Assembly (NCBI GenBank): GCA_964276515.1
Contig: OZ193909.1
Coordinates: 11,222,001-11,286,000 of the forward strand
Source of the DNA: Gordius albopunctatus
Lineage: Eukaryota
Length of the DNA stretch: 64,000 bases
Direction: 5' to 3'
In this document: piece after piece, positions 11,627 through 25,500 of the stretch
Layout of the letters: each line of letters begins with the position of its first letter
Numbering within the stretch: position 1 is the stretch's first letter
Program-made: the position numbers and the translations under genes
The notes under the pieces: model-generated
The model's database searches: none
The model's input: only the letters and a program-made list of their open reading frames with translations
What the model was told of the DNA's origin: nothing

Positions 11627-11934
11627 CATAGACTAATAAAACCATAGACTGCCGAACAGCTGATAATTTTTTAGCAAATATAGCAAGCACCATTATGTAG
11701 GAATTTGTAGCCAAATAATAGAATTCAGCATAATTTACTGTTCTAATTTACTTATTCTTTTAATTTATAAATTAAGCTATTAGTCTTATTTATTATCTTC
11801 AATATCATATCGTGGAGAAATATAAATCTACCTGTTGTTGAGTTTTTTCTACAAAATGGCAGCTATTTTGGTGTCTGAATAATTTTAATAGTAAAAATAA
11901 GCTCTTCGGCTGTCTATGGTTTTATAAGTCTATG
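11627..11934. mobile_element. MITE with ~35-bp TIRs beginning CATAGAC
   Basis: catagactaataaaaccatagactgccgaacagct pairs with agctcttcggctgtctatggttttataagtctatg; no clear TSD. Confidence 0.7.
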
Positions 11935-12507
11935 CTCCCACAGTTTTTTTATACCAAACCCAAACCCCGAAAAATTAAATTTAATCTGACCCGCATGTGG
12001 AAAAACTTTATGTGTGATAATTTAATAGACAAATTTAAGTATCAGCTTTTGAAATTGGCGTTGCCTAAGTTTTACTTTTGGGGGACGGCCAAGCCTCGAT
12101 TCTATTCAAATGAAAAGGGTTAAATAAAGTTTAAAAAAAATTTTCGTTTGTTTAATGATTAATTTGTGCTTCATGTAATTTATCCCCTTATATCTGTACT
12201 AAAACCAAATTCTTAAATCCGTACCTTTTTAAGCTTGTAACAAGCAATGTGTTTTCAATCAGCTATATGATCCTTCTCTAGAAGGTAGAAAACTTCCTGA
12301 CGGAGCTTTTTTAATCTCAAGGAACGATACGAAGTTCTTATCATGAGACTTTACCTGTGTTGATAACTTTGTGCCTTCTATTCTAACAACAATTTTAACT
12401 CGCTATCTTCTGTCGGAGATATAAAACATTTAAATATGGAGATATTGCTCACTCTAAAGATTTTAGCCCCATAGTAACTTTCTGTTCTGCCACTTTTGTA
12501 AAGAAAG

Positions 12508-13203
12508 TATGGTATTTATTAATTGGATGGATAAACAATAAATATATATATATATATATAAACTAGGAATACAATATCATCAATAACAATATATTACAAT
12601 AGTCCCCCATAAGATTAATATTCATCGTCGAATCTTTTTGGGGTTGTCTAAGTCGCTGAGGTGTCTGCACATTGTCTTGTTTGAATCCTACAATTGGTTC
12701 TTCTTCCTGGGCCCCTATTGATTCCTTTAGGTTGTCTATGGCTTTCCGTAAATAATCTATGTGTTTACGTTTAATCCGTCCTTCGGCCCAAACATCGTAG
12801 GACCAATCATTTTTCTTACGTTCAATTATTCCCTCGTGCCAACCCTTTTCTTTTTCATTTTTTACCCAAACTTTATTCCTTCCTGAAAATTGCGATCGGA
12901 AACCTTTCTTTCATGATAGTACTTTTGTTTCCAAACATTGTCGATAGTCGTTTCCTTGGTAGAACGTCGCAGTTGGTCAAAAGAAGACCGGATTCTTCTT
13001 TTAAACATTAATTCACAAGGAGCTACACTTGTAGTATTGTGAGGTGTCAATCTGTAAGCCATGAGCACCTGAGCCAAGGTTTTATCATCGTCTTGATTTG
13101 ACCTAGCGGCTGCGCAAAACCGTAATTTTAGTGTCTGGATAAATCTTTCACGCAATCCGTTAGATTTTGGATGATATGGAGATTTCCGAATATGCCTAAT
13201 AGT
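12508..13203 (-). mobile_element. 5'-truncated, diverged copy of the same Gypsy family (integrase C-terminus, PPT, ~91-bp LTR at 12598-12508)
   Basis: The 116-aa ORF matches the polyprotein (IRHIRKSPYHPKSNGL...) with a frameshift; the LTR starts tgtaatatattg and ends aataaataccata. Confidence 0.92.
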
Positions 13204-13545
13204 CGATATCATTATGTCCTTAGATCCTCCGTCTTTAGATTAAAATTTACTTACACCCTAAGTAAACAACAAATTTTGCCATTAGCGAAATCAAATTATT
13301 ATTAAATTAAAAACACAGCTCTACATGAAAAAACACCCGCAATCTGATTAATATCTTTGATAATAATTTTTCCGCTGAACAGCAATATATTATTAGTTTT
13401 TTCCCCTAGTCGTCGCGATTTTGTGATAAATGAGGTACAAGATGTAAAAATGGCATTTTCAACGTTTTTTGAGGCTTTATTACCACGCAATTTTAAATTT
13501 GTTTTTAATAATATTTATATAATTCGATAGAAAATTTATTAATCT

Positions 13546-14230
13546 CATAGGCCTAACTAGGATTTCCTCAAGGAAGGGGTTATAAAATTTTCAAGGTTAA
13601 ATTTTTTTATAAGTATTTTTTGAATAAAAATGTTTTTTTCCTAAAATTTTAAAGTGACAATAGCGTAAAAACATAGACTAGATAGACTGCTTATCAACGC
13701 ACAAAATGTGTACCATTTTTTCCATCATTTTGATATGAACATGGTAAAGTGGTGATCATATAGAAATTATAAATTTTCGCAAATTAAATAATCTTAAAAA
13801 GGTAAATTAAAATATTGAATTGGGTGGATATCAAAAACAGCATTTTAAAATAAATATCATTTATAAAATGCATATAAATTAAAAATGTAAAAACTGCGAT
13901 TAAGGTTTGTTTAATAATATAGTGCCATCAATATTTTGTATAATATTAATTTATTGACGTTTGTTTTAATTTATAAACTAGTCAGGAAAGTAAATGGACT
14001 GTTATAGAGTAAAATTACATGGTTAAAATACACCAGTTGCACTCTTTAAAATGGAGGAAAATTCATATTGCTAGAGCAGTCTATCTAGTCTATGCGTAAA
14101 TATAATAAAATACTGAAAGTAAAATTCCAACAAATATTTATTTTTATTAAATATACAATATACATATAAAATAAATTGAAAATCATGGGAGAGGTTCTAT
14201 CCCGAAAACCATCCCCTTCGTACGCCAATG
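13546..14230. mobile_element. Degenerate hAT MITE related to the ends of 18610-20264
   Basis: Ends cataggcctaac / gtacgccaatg; TSD attaatct / attgatct; subterminal similarity to the 18610 element. Confidence 0.65.
13672..14094. mobile_element. hAT-type MITE (TIR CATAGACTAGATAGACTGCT); second copy at 55696-56107 in the opposite orientation
   Basis: 20-bp perfect TIR; TSD cgtaaaaa / cgtaaata. Confidence 0.85.
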
Positions 14231-14403
14231 ATTGATCTGTAGGTTCATAATTTTGGTTTGTTTAACCTCTACTTTTAATATTATCCACGTTTATCTGAAC
14301 CCCTCTTTCTGCATTAAAATTCCTTCCACTATATCTAAATATTTACTAACACAGCACAGTACTCTTTTACTTTACTTACTCACTCTCTCCGTCTCCTCTA
14401 CTC

Positions 14404-15947
14404 CAGTGGCGTAGCTAGCCTTTTTGCCTGGGGGGGGGGCTGAGCTGGTCAAATAGGGGGGGGGACAAAAAAATTTCCTACGCACATGAATAAAAAATAT
14501 TTATGTTTTGCCCCCCCCCCATCCAAAACCTAAATACGACCATGAGTCAAATGCAATTAAAAAAATTTTCCCTCATGAACGTTCGACAAACTTAAAATTC
14601 CGCTACTACTTTGTGTATTTTTTCCATTAACATCAAACTAATATGTCCCCTCATGTTTATAGAGCATAAAATAAATAAAATTAGTCTTTTAATAGTAGTT
14701 CATTACACCTTTTACTCGATGTCGCAAACGAATTTATAATATCAACCAGGGGAATAAAATTTACAAAGTCATGTTCTAAGCTCAATAAAGCTAAGGAAGA
14801 TAACCTATCTTGTCCAATTGTGGAACGAAGATAAGTTTTAATCCGTTTTAGCAATGAGAACGATCTTTCGCATGAACATGAAGTTATTGGGATAGTTAAA
14901 ATTATTTTAATCAAAATAGTAAAATTTGGAAACACTATTGGGGACAAGATTTTAATAAGTGAAAAAATATCATTGCATTTTATTTTAAGATAAAGAGTTA
15001 TAATGTGTTACAAAATTTTTTGCCATTTTTATTTCGCCGTCTTCCAGTTTTAATTCATAATGGTTAATTATTTCTGATAAAAGAGATTTATCGCAAAAAG
15101 GGGATGAAGGGTTTAAACCTTCAAAGGACTTATATAAATTACAATTAATTTCCGAAAATATTATATTTAATTCTGCTATTATTCTATCGATGAAAGGATA
15201 GTATAAATCAATTTTGAAATCAATCTTTTATTTTTATGATTGGATTTATCTAGAATGTCATTTTCAATTAAATTAGTAAGACCTTCAGTGTAACCTAATT
15301 TATGGTTTTGAAATTATTTAATATAATTAATTACTCGAGGTTGAGGATGAAGAGCTATTACTATTACTGCCAATGTCAATGTAATTCTCCTTTTCATTTT
15401 CTATAAATTTGTATTTGAATAAATGAATGAAAGCACTAACACTAAGTAAATACCTTTCAAGACTGCATTTTTTTCTTCCCCTAATATTATATTTATATAA
15501 ACCTAATAATAAAAATTTTTAAATACCTATTTGATATAACCTATTGCTTGGAGCTAAGGGTTTTAATAACATGTTAAGCCTTAATTGCTTCGTGCTATTG
15601 CTATTCATATTAATTAATAAAATTAAAGTGGAAATTAATTATAAAAAACTCGGGTTTTAAATTAATATTAATTTTGAAATTATGTCAACTAAACAATTTG
15701 ATACAATTTTCACCCTTTATTGTCTTATACAGCATCTTTATTTTTATTTGTAATATTATAATTAAAACTTTTATCCAGAAACAATAATAATAATAATATT
15801 TATATTGTTTCCTAATTAAGATAAAAAAAAGAATGGCGGAAGGGGCCCGGGGGCCAAAGATTTTTCCCTTGGGGGGGGGGCTCATGGGGCCCGGTTTTCG
15901 CACTTAGGGGGGGGGGAGCCCGCCCCCCCCCCCTAGCTACGCCACTG
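14404..15947 (-). mobile_element. Internally deleted hAT transposon
   Basis: TIR CAGTGGCGTAGCTAG; perfect 8-bp TSD ctctactc; ORF 14681-14947 encodes the hAT dimerisation motif (TIPITSCSCERSFSLLKRIKTYLRSTIGQDRL). Confidence 0.95.
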
Positions 15948-16530
15948 CTCTACTCCTGCCCCTTTCTTGTGTGCTTGGGTAAATATTATGGAGACGGGAG
16001 TAGAGAAGTAGTGAGATTAGCTGAAATGAGGAGTGATGTCAACAAAGTTATTTATTATATTGATTAAAGTCAAAATATTTAACTATAATGTAAGATCAAC
16101 AAGTTTATTTTTTATTTGCACTTTATGCCATCAATATTTTCTAATAAAATGAGCCTCTTGAAATTAGAAACTCTTTGCAACTTTATATATTTTGAAAATA
16201 CAACTGGTCAATAAATAAAAGACTTATAATATCAACCGGCACACTGTTTAAATATTCTGATAGAGTTTTTTAAGGTGAACACCGTATATTTTTATTTATT
16301 TCCCTATACGTCAAGTTTTTGAAATATTAGCTCTAAAAGTTGCTAAAAAATCGATTGTGGCGTTATTAAAACGTCATTAACTTGCTAATAATTCGGCAAA
16401 ATTTAATGATTTGATACATAAATAAAAGGGGGAGGAATCCATTACGAAACTAATTTTAAAGCATCCGAGCCAAATTTTTTCAAGTTGACCATTTGCGATG
16501 ATTTAAAAATTAGGCTGCAACATTAAAAGC

Positions 16531-19500
16531 ATGAATGATATTCAGGTAGTTATCAAGTTAATTATCCCTTGTAAAAATTATAGTCGCTTTCTTATTTTGA
16601 AAATTTAAAGAATGATCCCAATGCAATAGCGATCTCAATAGATTCGCTTTACAGGCAGCCTCTGTAAGCTTAAATATGAAGTTTATAATAAAATGTTTAG
16701 GGATGATGAGTCAAAGTTCTTATATCTTAATGTTATTGAAATAAGTATTGCGGACAAGTATCATTAGATTTATTTATTTTAATATTCTAGGTATAAGTAT
16801 AAGAAAGTGGACCCTAATGGCATTGTGAATAATTTCTTGATAGATTGGATTATTTATTCAAAAAATAATCTTAATCAAAAACTGCATTCCAGTGTCTATA
16901 AGATGTCAGATAATAAGGTGTTTGAACGAGTTTATAATCTGAATAAATTTGCTCAAATATTTTCTATGGTTATTGTAAATGAAAATTCACATTATGACTG
17001 TCACTTGCTCAATAAATTATTTGAGATTATTAACCCATACTTGACCCTCACACAGCTTGAAATGCAGCATAAAATTGACAAGGAGGAATTCAATTTTGTT
17101 TTCGAAGCTAAGTTTGTATTAGATTTATATCTACGTATTTTGAAAGCCATTCATATGGATATAGCAGATAGATCAATACCTATGACCCAACAAGTAATAT
17201 TTTCTAAATGTATTTTTATTATGAAATTTTGATTAAAGAATAAGATAAACATTGGAAATTATATGTTTTTCACAGTATAGTTTTATAAGGGCATAAAATA
17301 TTATTTAGCTTTCTGCTTTATGGAATATATCAAATTATTTCTATTTTTTGTTGCATTTTATGTTTATAAGCAATATTGTCATGCTATCTTTAATCCAAAA
17401 AGCAATATTCCTAAAATAAATCGTTTAGGATCTGAAACATTTTTGACTAACCATTTCATGTTAGGATACTTATTAATTTTTGGCCACTTCTTTTTGGGTC
17501 ATGTATGTTAAAAAGGTCAAAATCATGCTTGGATGTTGATTAGAGTGATTCTCACCAAACAAGCAATGACAAATACCCTTATAAATCATATATGGTCATT
17601 TTAGCACAATTTATGGTTAATTAGTTCTGTCCATTATGTTGTTAAGAATATTAATTGTCTCGTGTCATACATCGAAAGCATCAACATAAAAAACAAAGTT
17701 AAGATTTTTAGTTTATTCATCCCAAAATTTAGCCATCTATCATGTGATTCATTTATTATAGAACAACAAGCATTGTTTTTAAAAAATAGTTTATTTTTTT
17801 ATTTTTATCAGGAATATATAGTTTTATGATTGTGTGGAAACTATTTGTACATGTACAAGTTTTGATTAGAGGTCTGCAAAGTCACTTTTTCAACCAAAAC
17901 CTGATCTGATTCTTAAAAATAAAATTTATCTTTACCCCAAATTAACTAGATAAATTGTGCTATCTCAAATTTAACAAGAAATATAAACAATAATATAATG
18001 TATAATATTTATTAAATTACCTTTTATAATAAGTTATATTTTATACATCAAAAAAATTCAAACATTAAGATAATTTTTTGTTTATATAATTTCCTTTGCC
18101 TACATACAAGTAAGGAGAATGGATGTGACATGTTAATGGAATTTTGCCTCCAACAAACTAACTTTTATTAATATAAAATTATAAATCATTACATGCGAAA
18201 GCATTATTATTAAACTAGCAGAAAAAAATCTTGTCATAGCAAATTTTCTAATTTAAAATTTTCTTTTTTTAGCCTTGATTTCAATGAGTAGCCTATAAAT
18301 TAAGCAGTTAAAAGGTTCATCGAAAGTACGAACTAGTAAAATTTATATATATTTTTCGATAACCAGTAAACTTTTTAAATCTAAATTAAGTTTAAAATGA
18401 GTCTTTGCCTATAACCCGACCACCTACACTTTTTAATCGAATCTGTCCCAGCCCGTAAGCATTTTAAATTCTTTGACCCGAACTCGACACACGTGGCAAT
18501 TTCAAGTTTTTTAACTCCAACCATTTGATGCTTTTCAGGTCATCTGTGCAGGCCTCTAGTCTCGCCTCAAGCATGTCACTTGTAGTATATAATGTACTTA
18601 TACTCCCACCAAGGGCGTAGCCAGGATTTGCTAGAGGGGGGGTTTAAAATTTTTGAAGCCATATTTTTTTTGGAAGTAATTTTATTTTCGACATATATTA
18701 TTGAAAGTAAAGTAAAAATATAACAAAAATAAATAAATTATAATATAACAAAATATTTAAAAACTATAAACAATTAATATCGACGTTTTTTAGATAAAAA
18801 TGCATTAATAATATCTTCTGTTTTGGGGGTATATTGTCTATGTACATTTAACAAGGTTAATCCAGTAAGCCTAAATTAAAAATTAGTAAAACCATTTAAT
18901 TTACCTTTCTTGTCCCATTGTGTTCCTGAGGTAAGTTTTTAGTCTTTTTAAAGCTGAAAAACATCTCTCATTAGAGCATGTTGTAACGGGGAGTGTGGCT
19001 AAAATATGATATAATGTTTTTATATTTGGATGTAATTTTAATTTGGACGCATGATTGGTTAATGTTTCCAATGCAGCATTGGTAGGCAAATTCTCTAATT
19101 CACAGTCCTTGAACGACTGATGCCACAATTTAATATCCGATTTGAATTGTTCTTGAGAGCCGTCAAGATCTTCTTCATAAAAATTTGCCAATTGAAGAAA
19201 GTTATTTAATATCTCTGTTGAGAGCATGACAGGGGACTTAATTAGAAGGGAATCAAATCCCAACAGTATTTGCTTGTTTTTTAGAAACCTTTCATCAAGT
19301 TCCACCAAAACCGCATCTAAAAAGGAGTTATGCAACGAAACTCTGTAATAAGTTTCTGGACAAGATGTTTCAATGTTTGAACGAAGAGTTTGTCGTGAGG
19401 CTCTCCTAGGAATAGTAATTTTGAAATCATATATATCTCCTAGTGACGAGACATCATTGTAGATTGTTCTAAATTCTTCTTGGGAATTTTCCCGCAAATA

Positions 19501-22500
19501 TTGAATATGTATAAACGCATTTTCGGCTGCATTTATGGCCTGAGAAAGGTCTATATTAATCCTTTGCAAATAATTGCTAAGATTAATAGTGTAAGAGAAA
19601 ATTTGATTTAGCATGTACAAAGACAGCCAAAAGTTGGATGTCCTTAATGATGAAAGCAAAATCGCCGCATTGGACGATGATTCTTCATCGTCCCATTCAC
19701 ACATCTCCTCCAAGGTAGCAAATATTGCTTCCTTCGCTTCACAGAATCTTTGAACATAATTGTGCTTTTGTGTCCATCTAGTTTCACACAGTGATATTAA
19801 TTTTGTGAATTTAGTGTTATCCGACAATGACAATACTTTAGAAGTGAAAAGATTAAATCTTTTGGGGGTTGATATAAAATCAGTGATTTTTTTGGACAAG
19901 ACTATTTGTATCTTTCTCCTCAGAAATGCAAATGTTACTCTTTTTAGGGAAGTATGTATAAATGGAATATCGCTTCATAATAAGGCGCGGAACTTAAATT
20001 TACAAATAAGATCAGTTTGGAAGCTTTTAATCAAAAATACAAATTCCGAAATTCAAAATTTATTAACTTGTCGACTTAATTTTTTAACATATATATATAT
20101 AAATATAAACGCAGCACTTGACACTAGCTAAATTAATTATAATCATGATTATCAATAATTTTGTGTTGTCAATAATTTTGTGTTGTGTTTTGAAAAAAAA
20201 TAATATCCAGGAGGAGGGGGGGGGGTTCAAACCCGAAAACCCCCCCCCCTTCCCTACGCGCTTGACTCCCACTTAAATATCTACCAAAACACTGTAAACT
20301 TTTATGCTCTTCAAAGGCGTTTCATACATTTGTCATTAAAAAACTTGATTATTATCTAATCGTTTCCAGTTATTGCATGAATCTGCCGCTTACTATAAAA
20401 ATGAAAAAATACTCTTAATTTATGCCATGACCTAGTTGATTATGGAATCAAGGTAGAATGACATTTTATGCAACTTTCCATGGGAAAACTCCTTGCAATG
20501 GCGCTTCTGGTACTATAAATCGTCTGGCGTATAAGGCAAGTTTAAAGAGACCTTTGAAGATAGAATAGCACTGTCTTTTAAATTGTTTGAATGGGCAAAC
20601 AAGTAGTTGGTATAACCTAAATTTTGGATATATTTCAAATGAATTTATACAAGATGAATTGAAACTTGTATCAAGGTATTATCGGACAGGACTCCTTTCT
20701 CCAACGCAAATGTTTCATCCTTAGATACCAACTGATAGTAAGAGATTTAAAACAGAGACTTACTCGTATATTAAATGGAAAAAGATCTACTTTCTTTAAT
20801 ATTTGATTTAAATGATTAATTATGATCAAAATAATGAAATATAGCGTCAGATATCGCATGTCAATTTTTAGCCTTAGCCTTTCCATGTCGAATTGTATTA
20901 AAAAACGATTTTTGATTGATAATTTCTTGCTACTTTTTTGTAAGGATAGACCCTATATAAAATGAAAATTTTAGCCATTTTGAGCCAATACTTTCCTCGG
21001 GCGCTTACAGATATTACTATTTTTGAAATGTTTTCAAAAGTATTTGTGCTAGCTTGGTAAATTTGAGTAAATTTTATCCTAATAAAATTCTCTATCAGAA
21101 AAATTTAATAACGAACATCAAACATTTGTGGTTAATGTTTTGTAGTCAATTTCGTGGAAAATCAAAAAAAAAAAATTTCGAATCTATATATAAATACCAA
21201 TTTAATTATGGGACTTCTTTATGCCCAGCCCAGTTACCTAATTTCAATTGCAAAAAATTTTGGGCTGCTGTCAGGCTATATTGCGGATTCGGTAGAAATT
21301 TAAACAGGTCAATCAAATTCTGATTGACATATGTCTAAATTGACAAGTTTGTAAACAAACCTTAAATGGCTAATCTCGTATATTTTATATGTTTTACAAC
21401 TAATATTTTTCGACTTATATATATTTTTTATGTTCTTATATATATTTTATATGTTTTATAACTAATATTTTGTCCATTTATATATATTTTATATGTATTT
21501 AAATGATTAAAAGAAACAACCCTAAATTTTATTTTTTATTGGTATATAATTATATATGTAAATAAAAACAAATTTCTTATTAACACATAGAGTCATTTAT
21601 AAATTCGAAATTATCCTTGGAGGCAACTATATATATTCCATATAATGACAAATTTTTGTTCGGGGGTAAATATAAAGACCAGTTGTTATATTGTATATTG
21701 GCTACATAAATGATTATATTGAAAACGGCCGCTGTTATTAGACAATCTTTTTCGTTGCCCCAATTGCCCCATTCCAACTTATTTTCGTTAATAATATATG
21801 TTTCTATGGAATCCGGGTATAGTCATCCAGAGGTATATCAATGTTTAGGGCCTGCTCAAAAATATATCTTCGTAGGGTGAGATACTCCTCTTGGCTACCA
21901 TAAACTGCCTGGCTTAAACACCGAAAAAAACAATTCCCATCTGTCCCGATGCTTATTATTTCAAATCCTGGTAAGAGAGGTTTTTGTATAGTACAATCAC
22001 TCGGATCCACAACATGTCCTTTTCCCATTCTAAAGTCTTATTTAAAGAAAATATTATATATATTACCTTAGCATCAAATCATGTTTCCATCGCGTGCTAG
22101 GGGGATTAAAGTTCTTAGGGCCACTATTTGACCCAATATTAATACCAAAATGGTTGTAGATAACTAAGTTTTTTAAAACGTAAAATTAATATAAGTACTT
22201 CTTTTTAGAGGTATTGGTGAATGGTGCTCTTCTTTAAATTCCTTCCGATTACTACCGTGATATTTTTTTAGAGGTATTGGTGAATGATGCCCTTCTTCTT
22301 TAAATTACTCCCGTGATATTTTTTTCAGTATAGTGTTATCTAGAGTTTTAAGGGTGTACGTACCTTTTATTTAATAAATTAAAGAAGCAAAATAATTATT
22401 AACCCTTAAACCCGTCTCCTGAGATAATATATGGTCCATACCATAAAGGAGCTGTTTTATCGCCTTTTCTATCGGACCGACGCATATTGTATGCCAAAAC

Positions 22501-25500
22501 TTTATCTCCTTCTTTAAAATGACACTTTGAACCAGCCATGGGTAAACTTAGTGGAACGTTGTACGTTGGGCATATAAAACCCCTGGTAAAGCTTCGTTCC
22601 ACTCCCCAAGGTTATCCCCCGTGGCTTTTACTAACGTCGAGACCAAAGTTCTATTGGCCCGCTCAACCAACCCATTCCCTTGGGGGTGGTAGGCCGAAGT
22701 TATGCAATGCTTTGTTCCAGTTTTCTGGAAAATGAATTCTGTTATTTGATTAACAAATTCTCTTCCCTGACCCAAAACTATTTCCTAAATACAAACGATA
22801 TATAAATAATGGCATAAATTTACCCTAGGAAATCGAAAATGACAACATGTTTCAAATACACGTTTCGCAACTTTCACTGCGGTATGTGATACCATCGGAA
22901 CTGCATGGACCCATTTTGAGAAATAATGGGTTTTGGGTCAGGGAAGAGAATTTGTTAATCAAATAACAGAATTCATTTTCCAGAAAACTTATATGCCCAA
23001 CGTACAACGTTCCACTAAGTTTACCCATGATATTTGATGTACAATCTAGAACCGTTGGACCCATTTCAAGACATAAAAATAAAAGATAACACGGAAGTTG
23101 TTGATGACATTAATCCGGAGGTTGTTGCTGAAAAAGCGAGGCTCGTAAATGAGTGCGCTTTGGGTATTATTTTTAATTACCATACCTAATGTGTAATTTA
23201 TAGAAAATATTCTAAAAGCCAGAATTGTCAAAAAAAAATATTATGAAAAGAAACATAATAGTTCAAAGTGTCATTTTAAAGAAGGAGATAAAGTTTTGGC
23301 ATACAATATGCGTCGGTCCGATAGAAAAGGCGATAAAACAGCTCCTTTATGGTATGGACCATATATTATCTCAGGAGACGGGTTTAAGGGTTAATAATTA
23401 TTTTGCTTCTTTAATTTATTAAATAAAAGGTACGTACACNNNNNNNNNNNNNNNNNNNNNNNNNNNNNNNNNNNNNNNNNNNNNNNNNNNNNNNNNNNNN
23501 NNNNNNNNNNNNNNNNNNNNNNNNNNNNNNNNNNNNNNNNNNNNNNNNNNNNNNNNNNNNNNNNNNNNNNNNNNNNNNNNNNNNNNNNNNNNNNNNNNNN
23601 NNNNNNNNNNNNNNNNNNNNNNNNNNNNNNNNNNNNNNNTAGAGTTTTAAGGGTGTACGTACCTTTTATTTAATAAATTAAAGAAGCAAAATAATTATTA
23701 ACCCTTAAACCCGTCTCCTGAGATAATATATGGTCCATACCATAAAGGAGCTGTTTTATCGCCTTTTCTATCGGACCGACGCATATTGTATGCCAAAACT
23801 TTATCTCCTTCTTTAAAATGACACTTTGAACCAGCCATGGGTAAACTTAGTGGAACGTTGTACGTTGGGCATATAAAACCCCTGGTAAAGCTTCGTTCCA
23901 CTCCCCAAGGTTATCCCCCGTGGCTTTTACTAACGTCGAGACCAAAGTTCTATTGGCCCGCTCAACCAACCCATTCCCTTGGGGGTGGTAGGCCGAAGTT
24001 ATGCAATGCTTTGTTCCAGTTTTCTGGAAAATGAATTCTGTTATTTGATTAACAAATTCTCTTCCCTGACCCAAAACTATTTCCTAAATACAAACGATAT
24101 ATAAATAATGGCATAAATTTACCCTAGGAAATCGAAAATGACAACATGTTTCAAATACACGTTTCGCAACTTTCACTGCGGTATGTGATACCATCGGAAC
24201 TGCATGGACCCATTTTGAGAAATAATGGGTTTTGGGTCAGGGAAGAGAATTTGTTAATCAAATAACAGAATTCATTTTCCAGAAAACTTATATGCCCAAC
24301 GTACAACGTTCCACTAAGTTTACCCATGATATTTGATGTACAATCTAGAACCGTTGGACCCATTTCAAGACATAAAAATAAAAGATAACACGGAAGTTGT
24401 TGATGACATTAATCCGGAGGTTGTTGCTGAAAAAGCGAGGCTCGTAAATGAGTGCGCTTTGGGTATTATTTTTAATTACCATACCTAATGTGTAATTTAT
24501 AGAAAATATTCTAAAAGCCAGAATTGTCAAAAAAAAATATTATGAAAAGAAACATAATAGTTCAAAGTGTCATTTTAAAGAAGGAGATAAAGTTTTGGCA
24601 TACAATATGCGTCGGTCCGATAGAAAAGGCGATAAAACAGCTCCTTTATGGTATGGACCATATATTATCTCAGGAGACGGGTTTAAGGGTTAATAATTAT
24701 TTTGCTTCTTTAATTTATTAAATAAAAGGTACGTACACCCTTAAAACTCTAGATAACACTATACTGAAAAAAATATCACGGGAGTAATTTAAAGAAGAAG
24801 GGCATCATTCACCAATACCTCTAAAAAAATATCACGGTAGTAATCGGAAGGAATTTAAAGAAGAGCACCATTCACCAATACCTCTAAAAAGGAGTACTTA
24901 TATTAATTTTACGTTTTAAAAAACTTGGTTATCTACAACCATTTTGGTATTAATATTGGGTCAAATAGTGGCCCTAAGAACTTTAATCCCCCTAGCACGC
25001 GATGGAAACATGATTTGATGCTAAGGTAATATATATAATATTTTCTTTAAATAAGACTTTAGAATGGGAAAAGGACATGTTGTGGATCCGAGTGATTGTA
25101 CTATACAAAAACCTCTCTTACCAGGATTTGAAATAATAAGCATCGGGACAGATGGGAATTGTTTTTTTCGGTGTTTAAGCCAGGCAGTTTATGGTAGCCA
25201 AGAGGAGTATCTCACCCTACGAAGATATATTTTTGAGCAGGCCCTAAACATTGATATACCTCTGGATGACTATACCCGGATTCCATAGAAACATGTATTA
25301 TTAACGAAAATAAGTTGGAATGGGGCAATTGGGGCAACGAAAAAGATTGTCTAATAACAGCGGCCGTTTTCAATATAATCATTTATGTAGCCAATATACA
25401 ATATAACAACTGGTCTTTATATTTACCCCCGAACAAAAATTTGTCATTATATGGAATATATATAGTTGCCTCCAAGGATAATTTCGAATTTATAAATGAC

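Larger units (their letters stand above)
13320..16040. mobile_element. Old repeat family with a GC-rich hairpin near its right end, split here by nested insertions; homologous to 59240-59720
   Basis: Segments 13335-13545, 14231-14403 and 15956-16040 align colinearly by eye with about 59260-59715. Boundaries are approximate. Confidence 0.55.

Noticed and set aside
12200..12500. Coding-looking stretch on the minus strand
   Set aside because: Short open frame with no recognisable motif or consistent splice model.
19760..20131. 123-aa plus-strand ORF
   Set aside because: Antisense shadow of the hAT transposase with no recognisable motif.
22341..24738. Real 1.1-kb tandem duplication
   Set aside because: Apparently identical copies abut a round 200-N gap, which is typical of unmerged contig overlap.
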